Source: a virus
Taxonomy: Duplodnaviria; Heunggongvirae; Uroviricota; Caudoviricetes
Direction: 5' to 3' (one strand)
DNA: 64,000 nt
Virus record (IMG/VR): IMGVR_UViG_3300009856_000010
Span: 1-64,000 of that record
Shown: positions 19,965-29,584 of the stretch, in pieces
How positions within the stretch are numbered: position 1 is the first letter of the stretch
Layout: each line of letters starts with the position of its first letter
Made by a program: the position numbers and the translations under genes
The notes under the pieces: model-generated
Seen by the model: only the letters and a program-made list of their open reading frames with translations
Told to the model about the DNA's origin: nothing
The model's database searches: none

Positions 19965-20051
19965 AATGATATAATTTTAAAGTTTAGATTATTGATTTTA
20001 TTCGGGTGGTAACGAAATGATCTTCGTTACCACCTGATATGAGAGCGGTTG

Positions 20052-21326
20052 TTACTTCGCTTTGAAGATTGCCACCACGCCGTCAGGCTGACCTTTCGTT
20101 ACCACGGTAATCTCATCAGCTACCTGACCGTTGCTCCAACGAACGAACTCGCCTGCGGCTGTAGCGGTTGCTTTCAGCGTAAGGGTGGTGTTCGGAGCGT
20201 AGCCTTTAGTATTGTCGGGAGCAGCACCGTTCACAGTTACTGTACCTAATGTTGCATCACTGGATACAACAGAGTAAGTATCCGCAGTATAGTCGCCGGC
20301 ACCGGCAATCGGAGCAAGAGGAGCGTCTGTCATACAGAAGTGGCTTGGGTTTACGTTCACCACGCGAGTACCTTGTATGGATTGTACCTGAAACGAAATA
20401 TCGTCGTGGTCGGTATCGCTACCTTCACGAACGGAGACCTTTGTGCGGCTGTCCAAAGAGTTCACGCCATACTCGAAGTTGTCCGGAGTAGTAGCAATCA
20501 GCTTTTCTCCGATACCGAATGAAGATTCGGGACAGAGTTCTACGTTTCTCCATTCTGGAACTTTGTAGTTTCCATTATCAAGAATGGTCATTTCTCTGTT
20601 ATTTCCTTTGCTATTTGCATAAGCATCGAAAATCGCTGCTCCCGTTTCGTCCGAACAATACACCAACACTAAAGGAGCACTCTTTAGGTTTTGCGACCAA
20701 CTGTTCCTGAATTTTTTAAATTCTTTCCATGCATCAATGTCGGTAACATCAGCAGGCGCATCAATTGTACCGATAGATACCAAGTTGCCACGTTCTTTGC
20801 TAATGCGACTGAGCGCAATGTCTTCGTTCAGATAAGGGATGAACCCTGTGTACAGACGAAGATAATGGTTCGGCTGTGTAGAATCATCCGCAATGCTGTC
20901 ATCGCCATGCCACAAACAGTCAAAAAGGTCTTCACCATAGTCGGCTACTGCCGCATTGAAAGCCACTTCCGAAAGTGGATAAGAGAACGTTGCCGAACCG
21001 TCAACTGCTACAATTGCTTTTTCAATGTAGTTGTCTTTGTTGTCGGTGTAATGGTTCCATGCCAGGTGACATACCATTTCACGTTCTTCCAGGTATCCAA
21101 CCATGTTGTTTACCTTCTTACCTACTACTTTGCGTTCGGTGGTATGACCTTTGCGGTTCATCACGTGTTTGATGCTGCGGAATTGTAATCCGGAGATTAC
21201 TTTGATGCGCATGCGATCGAACACGTCCGGGCGGAAATAAGCACCACCCATAGCTATTTCAGGAGCGTACTGCGTAGCGATTTCCTGTAGAGCTTCGATT
21301 CCAATAAATTTAGCGTCTGCTGCCAT
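20052..21326 (-). CDS. major capsid protein (424 aa) with a C-terminal Ig-like extension
   Basis: Directly follows the prohead protease/scaffold gene with size typical of HK97-fold capsid proteins; the C-terminal ~90 aa are T/V/A-rich, resembling a beta-sandwich Ig-like decoration. Confidence 0.45.
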   Translation of the reverse strand: MAADAKFIGIEALQEIATQYAPEIAMGGAYFRPDVFDRMRIKVISGLQFRSIKHVMNRKGHTTERKVVGKKVNNMVGYLEEREMVCHLAWNHYTDNKDNYIEKAIVAVDGSATFSYPLSEVAFNAAVADYGEDLFDCLWHGDDSIADDSTQPNHYLRLYTGFIPYLNEDIALSRISKERGNLVSIGTIDAPADVTDIDAWKEFKKFRNSWSQNLKSAPLVLVYCSDETGAAIFDAYANSKGNNREMTILDNGNYKVPEWRNVELCPESSFGIGEKLIATTPDNFEYGVNSLDSRTKVSVREGSDTDHDDISFQVQSIQGTRVVNVNPSHFCMTDAPLAPIAGAGDYTADTYSVVSSDATLGTVTVNGAAPDNTKGYAPNTTLTLKATATAAGEFVRWSNGQVADEITVVTKGQPDGVVAIFKAK

Positions 21327-21390
21327 TTTTGTTAAAGTTTAGATTATTAGTATTGCTATTGATTTCTCGTTGTTGTTTGTAACTCTCCGC

Positions 21391-22944
21391 TTACTGCTTG
21401 TAGGCTTCGCTTTCCATCTTTTTGAGGTGCGCTTCCCTACGCTTCTTATTCTCGGATGGAGAAAGCGATGGATCGTGAGTATAGCCCACTTTCAATGATG
21501 GTTTTGTGCCGGACAAACCGTTGTTATCCGGACTAGCTCCTGCATCAGGTTTCGCACCAGCACCAGCATTCAGTTCTTCCACAGTTGTTTCCAGATCCTG
21601 AATGGTTTGGTCTTTCACCTGCATATCATCGGCTAGCTGTTGTTTCTCTGAATTAGCGGTTTCCAGCGCTGCTTCCAATTCCTGAACTTTGGTTTCGAGA
21701 GCGGTTTTATCCGCAATGAGGGCTTCTTTTTCGGATTCAAAACCGGCTACCTGTGTGGTAAGCGTTTCTTTATCCTGTTTCAGGGTGGTTACTTCGTCGG
21801 CCAACGTTTGTTTCTCGCCCTCGATGGTGCCGAGTTTTTCTTCCAGTGCGTCGGCCTGTTCGGGCTGAAGGGTTACGCATCCTTCCTTGTCGCTTTCCAA
21901 CGGACCTTCGCCGATGAAAGCACCCACTTGTGTGTACGTTTTACTCATATTTTCTGTATTTGAAGTTTGATTTGTTTTTGCTTTGGGTTTGAAATCAACC
22001 GGAGCGGCTGCTTCTTTGGATGGGATGGCTGCGCCTTTGCGTGCGGCATGGTCGTCCAAGATCATCTGTGCCAGTTCGGACAAGGAACAGAAACCGTCTA
22101 TCAGACTGCCTACCACATCTTTCATCTTGTACATGTCGCCAGTGAGTTGCTCTGCTTTGGCTTGCGTACGGTCTTTCTTGAAGTTGGCCAAAAGTTGTGC
22201 CAGATCGCGGTTGGTTTCTTCTTCCACAGCAGACATATCGCCTTCTGCGGCTTTGCGGTACCATTTGTTTTTATCGGGGCTGGCATCGGCGTAGTACTCG
22301 TGGTAAGTTTCGCCGGTAATGGCGTTCTTTGCTCCATCAGAAAGGGTGAAGAATGCGGAGTACATACCAAGGCTACCGAACTCGTCTTCGGGGTTGAGAG
22401 CCCATACACCATCGCAAATACCTGCGATGAATGCTCCGCCACTGGCTACGTCGCCATCGCAATACATATAAACTTTCTGCCCTTTGCTGTGGCAGTAGTT
22501 GATGGCCAGACGATAGTCGCGCAGAGTGCTTGCCATTCCTCCCGGTGTGGAGCAGTAGATGATGTGCCCTACGGTTTGCTTGATGTCGGCGGCACGGGTT
22601 AGCATATTGCGGTGGTCTTTACTTCCGTAGCTGCAATCGCCACCACCACGGGTCATCGGACCGGTAAGACGAACGATATTGATGATTTGGTCATCGTCTT
22701 CGAGGTCTTCCCAGTATTTGATTCTCTGGGCGTCGCCCATAAACACAACGGTATTGGCCGGTGGCCCTACTTGTTCGCCGGAGGCAGAGAAACGAATGAA
22801 AGCTTGCTGCTCGGTTTCCTTTATGATGGTTTCTGTGCGGTGCAGGTCGATGTTGGTAAGTATGCGGTTGCGCAGAGTGTCGAATACATCGGGTCGCATA
22901 CACACTTTGCAGTCGCTCGCTATCTCTATTAATGTTCTAATCAT
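21391..22944 (-). CDS. prohead serine protease (S49/ClpP-like) fused to a scaffold-like coiled coil (517 aa)
   Basis: Protease motifs GGGDCSYG, TPGGMAS and DGDVASGGAFIA. The C-terminal 150 aa are heptad-rich E/K/L/A/T, resembling a scaffold. Confidence 0.55.
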   Translation of the reverse strand: MIRTLIEIASDCKVCMRPDVFDTLRNRILTNIDLHRTETIIKETEQQAFIRFSASGEQVGPPANTVVFMGDAQRIKYWEDLEDDDQIINIVRLTGPMTRGGGDCSYGSKDHRNMLTRAADIKQTVGHIIYCSTPGGMASTLRDYRLAINYCHSKGQKVYMYCDGDVASGGAFIAGICDGVWALNPEDEFGSLGMYSAFFTLSDGAKNAITGETYHEYYADASPDKNKWYRKAAEGDMSAVEEETNRDLAQLLANFKKDRTQAKAEQLTGDMYKMKDVVGSLIDGFCSLSELAQMILDDHAARKGAAIPSKEAAAPVDFKPKAKTNQTSNTENMSKTYTQVGAFIGEGPLESDKEGCVTLQPEQADALEEKLGTIEGEKQTLADEVTTLKQDKETLTTQVAGFESEKEALIADKTALETKVQELEAALETANSEKQQLADDMQVKDQTIQDLETTVEELNAGAGAKPDAGASPDNNGLSGTKPSLKVGYTHDPSLSPSENKKRREAHLKKMESEAYKQ

Positions 22945-23199
22945 ACAATTGAGGTTTGGGTTATTTTTAGCGAAGTTCGTTTGTGTATGCTCGCTTGCAG
23001 GGACTTAAAACGGGGGTAAAACCTCAATCGGCGGGAAAAACAAAAGCCCGGCTATCATCGCTGACTGCCGGGCCGATTAACCTTTAATTAAAATGTCGAA
23101 AATTTGAAGTTGTTTTGTTGTACTAACCTAAAATCCTAACCATTATGAAGAAATCTTTTTCAAAAACAAAGTTACGTACACCTTTATATATATAGGGAC

Positions 23200-23715
23200 T
23201 TACCCTACAATAGGCTGAATGCCATTGATGTTGTTTATGTCGAAAGTAAGGGTAGTGGTGTAGCTGTCCGTTATGTTTTCTTCCGGGGTGAAGCGGTAGG
23301 CGTGTTCGGGACAGCGGACAAAGTAGAACTTCCCGTCGGATGCTTCGAGCAGCAAATCGTGGTCGGTTATGATCAAGTCGTCAAGGTATTCGGATTGCTC
23401 TACGGCATTTTGCATGGTTTTGAATTGTAGGTTTACGGCGTAGGTGTATCCGGCAATTGTTTTTTGCGGAGTGGCTTTTACGGTCCCTTTCTCGTCGATA
23501 AGAAAATCTTTCTCGTCGGACAGTTCTTCGGAATCGGTATAGGTGATAAATCTTTTTCGTCCGGCAAGGGAAGGAAGTCCGATTTCAAACAACGTGGTTG
23601 TTTTCTTGCGAACGTTAAAAGGAACCTGATGGTTGAGTTCACCAAAGGGGAAGGGGTAAACCGCGACGATGTCGAAGTATTGCTCGGTGGTGTAATTGCA
23701 TGAATTGTTTGGCAT
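23200..23715 (-). CDS. hypothetical protein (171 aa)
   Basis: ORF upstream of the protease gene. Confidence 0.3.
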   Translation of the reverse strand: MPNNSCNYTTEQYFDIVAVYPFPFGELNHQVPFNVRKKTTTLFEIGLPSLAGRKRFITYTDSEELSDEKDFLIDEKGTVKATPQKTIAGYTYAVNLQFKTMQNAVEQSEYLDDLIITDHDLLLEASDGKFYFVRCPEHAYRFTPEENITDSYTTTLTFDINNINGIQPIVG

Positions 23716-23848
23716 ATTGTTGGGTTTTTAAAGTGAATATCCGGAGTGACACGCGAGTGACACGCAACCCGCCTTTTTTGGGTGTTTTTTAACTTTTATT
23801 ATTAGCATCTGTTAATGAATGTGATAGAAAACGCAGTTATTTCTCTAT

Positions 23849-24541
23849 TTAACCGTGCTCGATAAACTCACTATCTGCATAAGACAGCTTTTTCCGCTTG
23901 CGATAGTAATTTCGTTTCAACGCCATTCGTTCTTTATCGTCGGATGAATTCCGAATATCATATCTCGTCATGAATCGATCTATAGTTTCTAATACGGGTC
24001 GGTCTATTCCGTTTTCGACACACCACTCATAGTCTTTTTTTATATAGGTAAAGAAAGCACTCCAAAACTCGTCGGACATCATATCGTATAATATCTTAGC
24101 GCCGCCTTCCATGAGCTGCCATTGACCGTTCGTTTTGCACATGCGGTTATTAACATAAACTTCGGGTGGCATCTGAATGCAAATATACTCACCATGCTCT
24201 TCGCCATTGACCGGAGAGACGCCAGCCAATTTGAAAATTTCAGCATCGTTCAAAATCTCACCTGTCGCTTTTGGTCCGGTAAATATCTGTTTTCTTCTCC
24301 CGTCTAAAGTGGTATATATGGTACTCCCGCGAAGCATTCGTCTCCATTGTCTTTCGCAAAAGCATCCAAATGGTACAATAAATTCGGTGGTGTTGCTTTT
24401 AAGCATGTGAGACAGAAATTTCCAGATAGGGGATAGTTTGTCGAATTTCATCATTCCCCCTAAAGGTATAGGGTTATTAGAGTCTCTGTTTCGAAAATAA
24501 GCTGCCACATAATGGGGTACACGCAGGTAAAAGTTAGCCAT
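23849..24541 (-). CDS. hypothetical protein (230 aa)
   Basis: ORF following repeat-element copy 2. Confidence 0.3.
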   Translation of the reverse strand: MANFYLRVPHYVAAYFRNRDSNNPIPLGGMMKFDKLSPIWKFLSHMLKSNTTEFIVPFGCFCERQWRRMLRGSTIYTTLDGRRKQIFTGPKATGEILNDAEIFKLAGVSPVNGEEHGEYICIQMPPEVYVNNRMCKTNGQWQLMEGGAKILYDMMSDEFWSAFFTYIKKDYEWCVENGIDRPVLETIDRFMTRYDIRNSSDDKERMALKRNYYRKRKKLSYADSEFIEHG

Positions 24542-24644
24542 ACTAAAGTTTAAATATGATTACAAAATAGTGACAAGTAGAGTAGTGGGGTAGGGGAGTA
24601 TGACGTGTTATTGCAAAGGTAGTGTTTTCTCTTTAAAAAACCGC

Positions 24645-24786
24645 ACCGTGAGGTATGAAAAAACGGCACGGTGCGGTTTGCGAAACTGCCACGGTGAGAT
24701 AAAATGAACTGCCACGGTGCGGTTTTTTAATGTCGCACCGTGAGAGATTTTGATACCGCACCGTGCCAGTTTTTTAGCGGTTTCAG
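24645..24786. repeat. nested-palindrome intergenic element, copy 2 (6 units)
   Basis: Read directly; begins AAAAAACCGCACCGTGAGG and ends GATACCGCACCGTGCCAGTTTTTT. Confidence 0.6.
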
Positions 24787-25464
24787 TCACTTTAAAAGGC
24801 GTTTTAGATTATCTTTCTGTCTTACGTTCGTAAATGCAGACAATTCTTTAATCAACTCAAGAATCTTCTCCTTCGGTGGTTCGGGTAGGTGGTGATTACC
24901 GCTATCAGCTCCGATGTTTACCACAACAGGACTACACTTTTTTATTAATTCGACCATTTCGGGGATATCAAAATCCAGAATTGGTTCTATGGTTACGTAT
25001 GCAGGGTAGTGCCCACCTATATAAACCATTGCGTCCGCTCTTTCTTGTGTTGTGGGCGCATTGCCCATACAGGGATACCAACGATTTGTTTCAATGGTGG
25101 TACATATTACAGACTTCCAAAATACAGGATGGGATATGAAGTCAAGTATTCTCGCAGGATTTTTGGATTGGAACAGGTAGTGATTATCTAACTTGTTACA
25201 ATGATCAAGCGTTTTGAGGATCCATTCTTTGGGATGGGCATCGGCAAATAGATCGTTACTGCTACCTACAAATATAGAGTTATCGCTTCCTAAATCGGTT
25301 TTGAATTCCCGTTCGTCCAGTCGCGCCGGGTTGAGTTTGCCCCAGCGCTTCATATAACAGTAACCGCAATCGTGCGGACAGGCACCTTTTACGGTATTCC
25401 ATGTATGGGTTACGAAGTCATACATGTTTCCTTTTGATGGATTCAGGCTCATGGTTCTACCCAC
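24787..25464 (-). CDS. radical-SAM-like protein (CxxxCxxC: GACPHDCGYCYM), 225 aa
   Basis: Cys triad spacing typical of the radical SAM 4Fe-4S cluster near the N-terminus. Confidence 0.35.
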   Translation of the reverse strand: MGRTMSLNPSKGNMYDFVTHTWNTVKGACPHDCGYCYMKRWGKLNPARLDEREFKTDLGSDNSIFVGSSNDLFADAHPKEWILKTLDHCNKLDNHYLFQSKNPARILDFISHPVFWKSVICTTIETNRWYPCMGNAPTTQERADAMVYIGGHYPAYVTIEPILDFDIPEMVELIKKCSPVVVNIGADSGNHHLPEPPKEKILELIKELSAFTNVRQKDNLKRLLK

Positions 25465-25874
25465 TCCTTTCTTTCCAAATTATATTTCTTTGTTGGGGTA
25501 CATATCCATTCGGGGTTGATGTGCAGATACTTTTCGGCTAATGGGAGTAACGCCGCAATGGCTTCCTTTTTAAATGTCTGTTCATCTTCAACAAGAATTC
25601 TACACTCCGGATCAATATCGCAACCGAAAGCCATATCGTGTACTTGTTCCCAAACGCTGTCTTCAATGCTATCAACAATGGTGCCTATGGCAGATTCCAT
25701 GTTAAAACGGCGGACAGGACCAACGCTGATAATCGGTGATATGGCTTCTCTGTCTTCAAATTCTTCATACTGCTCATCGTAACGGTGTTGGGCATCTTTT
25801 ACGGCATCCCAAATGGTGTCGTAAACTTCGAGACAGTTCCCGTTTTCGGGGAACCAGGAGTATTTGTTTGGCAT
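25449..25874 (-). CDS. hypothetical protein (141 aa)
   Basis: ORF. Confidence 0.3.
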   Translation of the reverse strand: MPNKYSWFPENGNCLEVYDTIWDAVKDAQHRYDEQYEEFEDREAISPIISVGPVRRFNMESAIGTIVDSIEDSVWEQVHDMAFGCDIDPECRILVEDEQTFKKEAIAALLPLAEKYLHINPEWICTPTKKYNLERKEWVEP

Positions 25875-25911
25875 AATCTATTTTCTTATATATTTGAATA
25901 TACTATATTTC

Positions 25912-26154
25912 TTATTTATCATCTAACGAATATTTCCCATCCCAGCCATTGTAAATATCCAATTCCCAGTAAGGTATTGCTTTCCAATACCATTTCTTTC
26001 GATATTTAGACCAATACCGGAAAACAATTATCATGTTTTCATACGCATTGCTGTCTGGGTCGGTGAGCACTGCATGGACATGACATAACACTTCTCCTAA
26101 CTGACTACCGGGAACACGCATTTTTATCTTGTCACCAACATTTACTAATCTCAT
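25912..26154 (-). CDS. hypothetical small protein (80 aa)
   Basis: ORF. Confidence 0.25.
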   Translation of the reverse strand: MRLVNVGDKIKMRVPGSQLGEVLCHVHAVLTDPDSNAYENMIIVFRYWSKYRKKWYWKAIPYWELDIYNGWDGKYSLDDK

Positions 26155-26172
26155 AATTTTAATTATACGGGT

Positions 26173-26829
26173 TCATATTCTCTTTCGTTTCACAAACTCC
26201 TTCAACCCATCCACCTGTTTCTTACTAAACATGGACAACATATACCCATTCGCCCTGAACTCATACAAGCACCGACATCTGAATTTTACCTTTGCATACA
26301 TACACCCGGTTAATCGAACAGATGCGCCTTGTTTCAGCATTTTCTTTTCTTTTCGCGGCAACCGTCGGCCACGTGAATCAAGCTTCCATTCCGGATTAAG
26401 TTTTCTGGGCATGGCGACAGAATGCTTTTTGCAATACCAGTTCTTCTTTCTGTCATAGGTGTAATTCGTCGGTTTTCCACACTTACAGCATTTGGTTAGC
26501 GGTTCGAACACCATGTTCGAATAAGCACAATGCTTGCAATAGGCATAACCATCCGTCCGGTCGCGCCGTTCCATTTCGTGGGTACAGGTTTGTATCTTTT
26601 GCCACTTCTCCCATGCTTGCTGCTCGGCTTCTTCTACGGTGGTACCTTCGCCACGGATAAAACACTTGGGTGTCCGGGGAAAGGCTTCAAAGAAAGCGGT
26701 AGTATAATTCCCTTTTTTTGAGAACACAATGCCTTTTGAACCGGCCTGACAAAAGAAACCCCATTCGTGTTTTGTTTCGTACTCGGTATCAGGACCGGAT
26801 CCAAAGTTCGATATCTTTATCTTACTCAT
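26173..26829 (-). CDS. Cys-rich putative zinc-binding protein
   Basis: Multiple CxxC pairs (CKHCAY, CCKCGK, CRC). Start placed at the internal Met (MSKIKI) giving ATGA coupling to the upstream gene; the longer ORF runs to 26877. Confidence 0.3.
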   Translation of the reverse strand: MSKIKISNFGSGPDTEYETKHEWGFFCQAGSKGIVFSKKGNYTTAFFEAFPRTPKCFIRGEGTTVEEAEQQAWEKWQKIQTCTHEMERRDRTDGYAYCKHCAYSNMVFEPLTKCCKCGKPTNYTYDRKKNWYCKKHSVAMPRKLNPEWKLDSRGRRLPRKEKKMLKQGASVRLTGCMYAKVKFRCRCLYEFRANGYMLSMFSKKQVDGLKEFVKRKRI

Positions 26830-27143
26830 ACTTCTTCCTCCTCCATTCCCGGCCGCCAAACCACTTCTTTCTCCCACTCATCAATGTTCACGACATCCCA
26901 ATCAATATGCAATCGCAGGATGTTTATTCGTCTCCACCGCCACTTAAATTCAAACGGTTTATACCATTTGTGCCAGTATATTCTAAACTTATGTCCGATT
27001 GTCTTGCTATATGTACGAATTATCACATAACCCATGCGACAATAGCGTTTACATGTTTCAATGTCCCTGTCGCTAAACGATGTAGCCGTAAAATCTTCCG
27101 TAACAACGGCATAACCGGTATAATACTTTTTCTTCTTTTTCAT
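26826..27143 (-). CDS. hypothetical protein (105 aa)
   Basis: ORF. Confidence 0.3.
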   Translation of the reverse strand: MKKKKKYYTGYAVVTEDFTATSFSDRDIETCKRYCRMGYVIIRTYSKTIGHKFRIYWHKWYKPFEFKWRWRRINILRLHIDWDVVNIDEWEKEVVWRPGMEEEEV

Positions 27144-27320
27144 GGTTTTTTCTCGTTAATCAGCTTTTCATACTCACACCTCAAAACAATTATATGGTTA
27201 CTATCCCAATAAGGAAATGATTTAGAAAACTTTTCTTTAAATCTCACATCAACAAGCACCTTATCTTTTGGAATATTCTCCCTTTGTTCGGCCATAGGAT
27301 GATTATGTATTTTTTCCATT

Positions 27321-27539
27321 TTACCTTTTATTTCTATGATTGTATCTTTTTATAGCATCCTTTTTACTATAGGCTTCTATTTCAACTCCTTTCACGGTGA
27401 ATAGGTGTAATTTTTTCGGTTGATTTTTCGGAGGATTCGGTTTAACTTCTTTATGTGATGTTCCAAACCCGTTTTTTGCATTTGATGCCAACGCAGCCAT
27501 AGCCAATGTCATCATTAGTTTTGATTTTATTTTATTCAT
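27321..27539 (-). CDS. small secreted protein (72 aa)
   Basis: N-terminal hydrophobic signal-like segment MMTLAMAALASNA. Confidence 0.3.
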   Translation of the reverse strand: MNKIKSKLMMTLAMAALASNAKNGFGTSHKEVKPNPPKNQPKKLHLFTVKGVEIEAYSKKDAIKRYNHRNKR

Positions 27540-27542
27540 CGT

Positions 27543-28373
27543 TTACAATTTTATCTCCTTCAGTTTTACTCCCCTTATTTTCGGATTCGCCCATTCCCGT
27601 TGAAACGCTTTCCACTCTTTATCATATTCCCCTTTGAAATCACGATACAGCATGGCCATAGGAACAAACCCCGCTCTCCATGTATCGTGCATCCGTTTCA
27701 GTGCCTGGTCTATTGTGTCTTTCTTCCAACCGCAAAGCACATAGGCATACATGTGGTGGGCACTACGGGTAAACCCTGCATCAAACAGCATTTTGCCTGC
27801 TTCCACCAGCGGTTCATAATCGTTGGGAGTATCGTAGGCGAAATAGATGCTACGTGGCTTCAGGTTGTGCAAACGTTCGGAGATGACAGGGGTGAGAAGC
27901 TTTGCTTCCAGCCCGCCACAAAATTCCGGCCGGTGCGGTTGTCGGGCCAACATCTCAAATACCCGGTCGATGTGCACATCAGAGCAGGCAAGCAGGTTGT
28001 CATCCGTCAGTATCCAACCGTCGGTAACGGGGAGTTCGCGGAGCTGCCCACCCTCACGCTTGGGTACCGAACAGAACCAGCAACGGTTTGGGCACCCGCG
28101 TGAGGTGATGACGTATCCTTTCTTCATGTACATGCCCGGCACAAAGTCGCCGCCGACTTCGTTGTATGCCGGTCCTCCGACTTTCACCGGTGCCACTGCC
28201 TGCCATGCCCGAGCGGCTTTCTCTGCCCAAGGGATATCCCACGTAAAGGCAACGGAGATGTGTACTTCGTCGGCATCGTCGAACAGGGTAGGGTAGCACC
28301 TTATGCGGACGTTCTCGTCGTCGGGCGTGGCTCTGGTTTCGGTGGGGAAGATGCGGAGGATTTTCTTTGGCAT
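27543..28373 (-). CDS. radical SAM protein (276 aa)
   Basis: Canonical Cx3Cx2C motif GCPNRCWFC. Confidence 0.45.
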   Translation of the reverse strand: MPKKILRIFPTETRATPDDENVRIRCYPTLFDDADEVHISVAFTWDIPWAEKAARAWQAVAPVKVGGPAYNEVGGDFVPGMYMKKGYVITSRGCPNRCWFCSVPKREGGQLRELPVTDGWILTDDNLLACSDVHIDRVFEMLARQPHRPEFCGGLEAKLLTPVISERLHNLKPRSIYFAYDTPNDYEPLVEAGKMLFDAGFTRSAHHMYAYVLCGWKKDTIDQALKRMHDTWRAGFVPMAMLYRDFKGEYDKEWKAFQREWANPKIRGVKLKEIKL

Positions 28374-28385
28374 GGTTGGCGAGGG

Positions 28386-29210
28386 TTATTTACGTATGTT
28401 CCACATTTTCTCGGTACCTTCGCTATTAAAGAGTACGTCGATGTTGGCTCCATTCTTCTTTTCAATAATATCCCAGGCTTTCAGTTGAATGAATTGGGCG
28501 GAAGTCAATCCCATTTCCTGTTGATAAGCTTTGTCGGATATGGCACGCTGACGTTCGGCAGCTTCGCGCGACTGTTCCATTTCTTTCCGGCGGTCCTGCG
28601 TAGTTTTTGCCTGGATCTGTGCGGCGGTATTATTCATTTCGGCCAACTGCGGGGCGTTTGGCATGGCTCTGCCAGTTATAACACTAATGACTTGTATGGG
28701 CATTTCGGCTTTCTCCGACAGCCTGGCTATATATCCTATCATGTCGTTCTTTACCATGGAGTCTATTTGCGCAATGACCTCACGGTTACTGGTTAAGTCG
28801 AACGGGCTATACTGCGATACATAATGGCGGGTCGTGTTGCAATAGGTTTCTTTTATATTATTGGCATACCAGTCCAGTCCGTAGTTGCTGAGTAATATGG
28901 GTGATTTACCTTTTGTAATCTGTAAGGTGATGTTTGTTTTAAAGTCTAGTGGTGTATTTTCGTTGGAGATAATGTCGTCCAACACTTCTTCGTACTTCAC
29001 CGGAATAATTTTAAAGTACTCTTTACTGGTACTGAATACGCACCAGGTAGAACCCGAACTCATCGGTTCCGCACTGACACCACCATGTCCAAAGAACCAC
29101 GGGTGTTTGATGAATACGCATTCTTCGTCGGCATCGGCACTGGCCAAATGACAGCTGGTTAAGAATGTGCAACAGAAGGCAAACAATAATAAGAATTTAA
29201 TTTGTTTCAT
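28386..29210 (-). CDS. lipoprotein (274 aa), probably surface-exposed
   Basis: Signal peptide plus lipobox LTSC; Cys followed by acidic residues (ASADADEE) as in the Bacteroidetes lipoprotein export signal. The C-terminal Q/E/R/A-rich segment is coiled-coil-like. Confidence 0.45.
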   Translation of the reverse strand: MKQIKFLLLFAFCCTFLTSCHLASADADEECVFIKHPWFFGHGGVSAEPMSSGSTWCVFSTSKEYFKIIPVKYEEVLDDIISNENTPLDFKTNITLQITKGKSPILLSNYGLDWYANNIKETYCNTTRHYVSQYSPFDLTSNREVIAQIDSMVKNDMIGYIARLSEKAEMPIQVISVITGRAMPNAPQLAEMNNTAAQIQAKTTQDRRKEMEQSREAAERQRAISDKAYQQEMGLTSAQFIQLKAWDIIEKKNGANIDVLFNSEGTEKMWNIRK

Positions 29211-29224
29211 GTTAAGTCTGGATT

Positions 29225-29584
29225 TTACAAAGCCCGTCCAAGGCTGATATGTTCTTTATAATATTCTTTCGGCTTACACTTAACCACGTGATAATCATAC
29301 TGATAAATGTAGCAACTATATGATACTTCACACGCAATCGCATAATTGGGGTAGATATGGCTCAGCACCGTGTCTGGATACGGATGCCCGTCGAGCCACT
29401 GTTCCAGCGTGTAATACTTCTGTGGTATTAAGGCGTGCGGATCGTCTAAGCTTTTGGTAATAGCATATAATTTATTTTTCCGCTTTTCGAGAAGATGTAT
29501 CCTTGCTCTCAGCCGCGATTCTTCGTTGCGGATGTTACACAGCAAGCGGTCTGCTCTTGATTGTTTGGATGATTCTTTTTTCAT
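29225..29584 (-). CDS. hypothetical protein
   Basis: Start placed at the internal Met (MKKESSKQ) giving ATGA coupling to the C5 methyltransferase; the longer ORF runs to 29650. Confidence 0.25.
   Translation of the reverse strand: MKKESSKQSRADRLLCNIRNEESRLRARIHLLEKRKNKLYAITKSLDDPHALIPQKYYTLEQWLDGHPYPDTVLSHIYPNYAIACEVSYSCYIYQYDYHVVKCKPKEYYKEHISLGRAL

Noticed and set aside
21967-22602. Long antisense ORFs inside big minus-strand genes, e.g. 21967-22602, 54940-55614, 58022-58474, 27600-28103, 28260-28796, 20691-21188 and 373-651.
   Set aside because: They lie fully inside stronger ORFs on the opposite strand (protease, tape-measure, radical SAM, capsid, tail fibre) and have low-complexity, frame-shadow-like composition.
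23742-23790. Direct repeat GAGTGACACGC x2 followed by T-runs between 23715 and 23849.
   Set aside because: Only two short copies, with no partner elsewhere; probably part of an ordinary intergenic terminator/promoter. Noted but not called.
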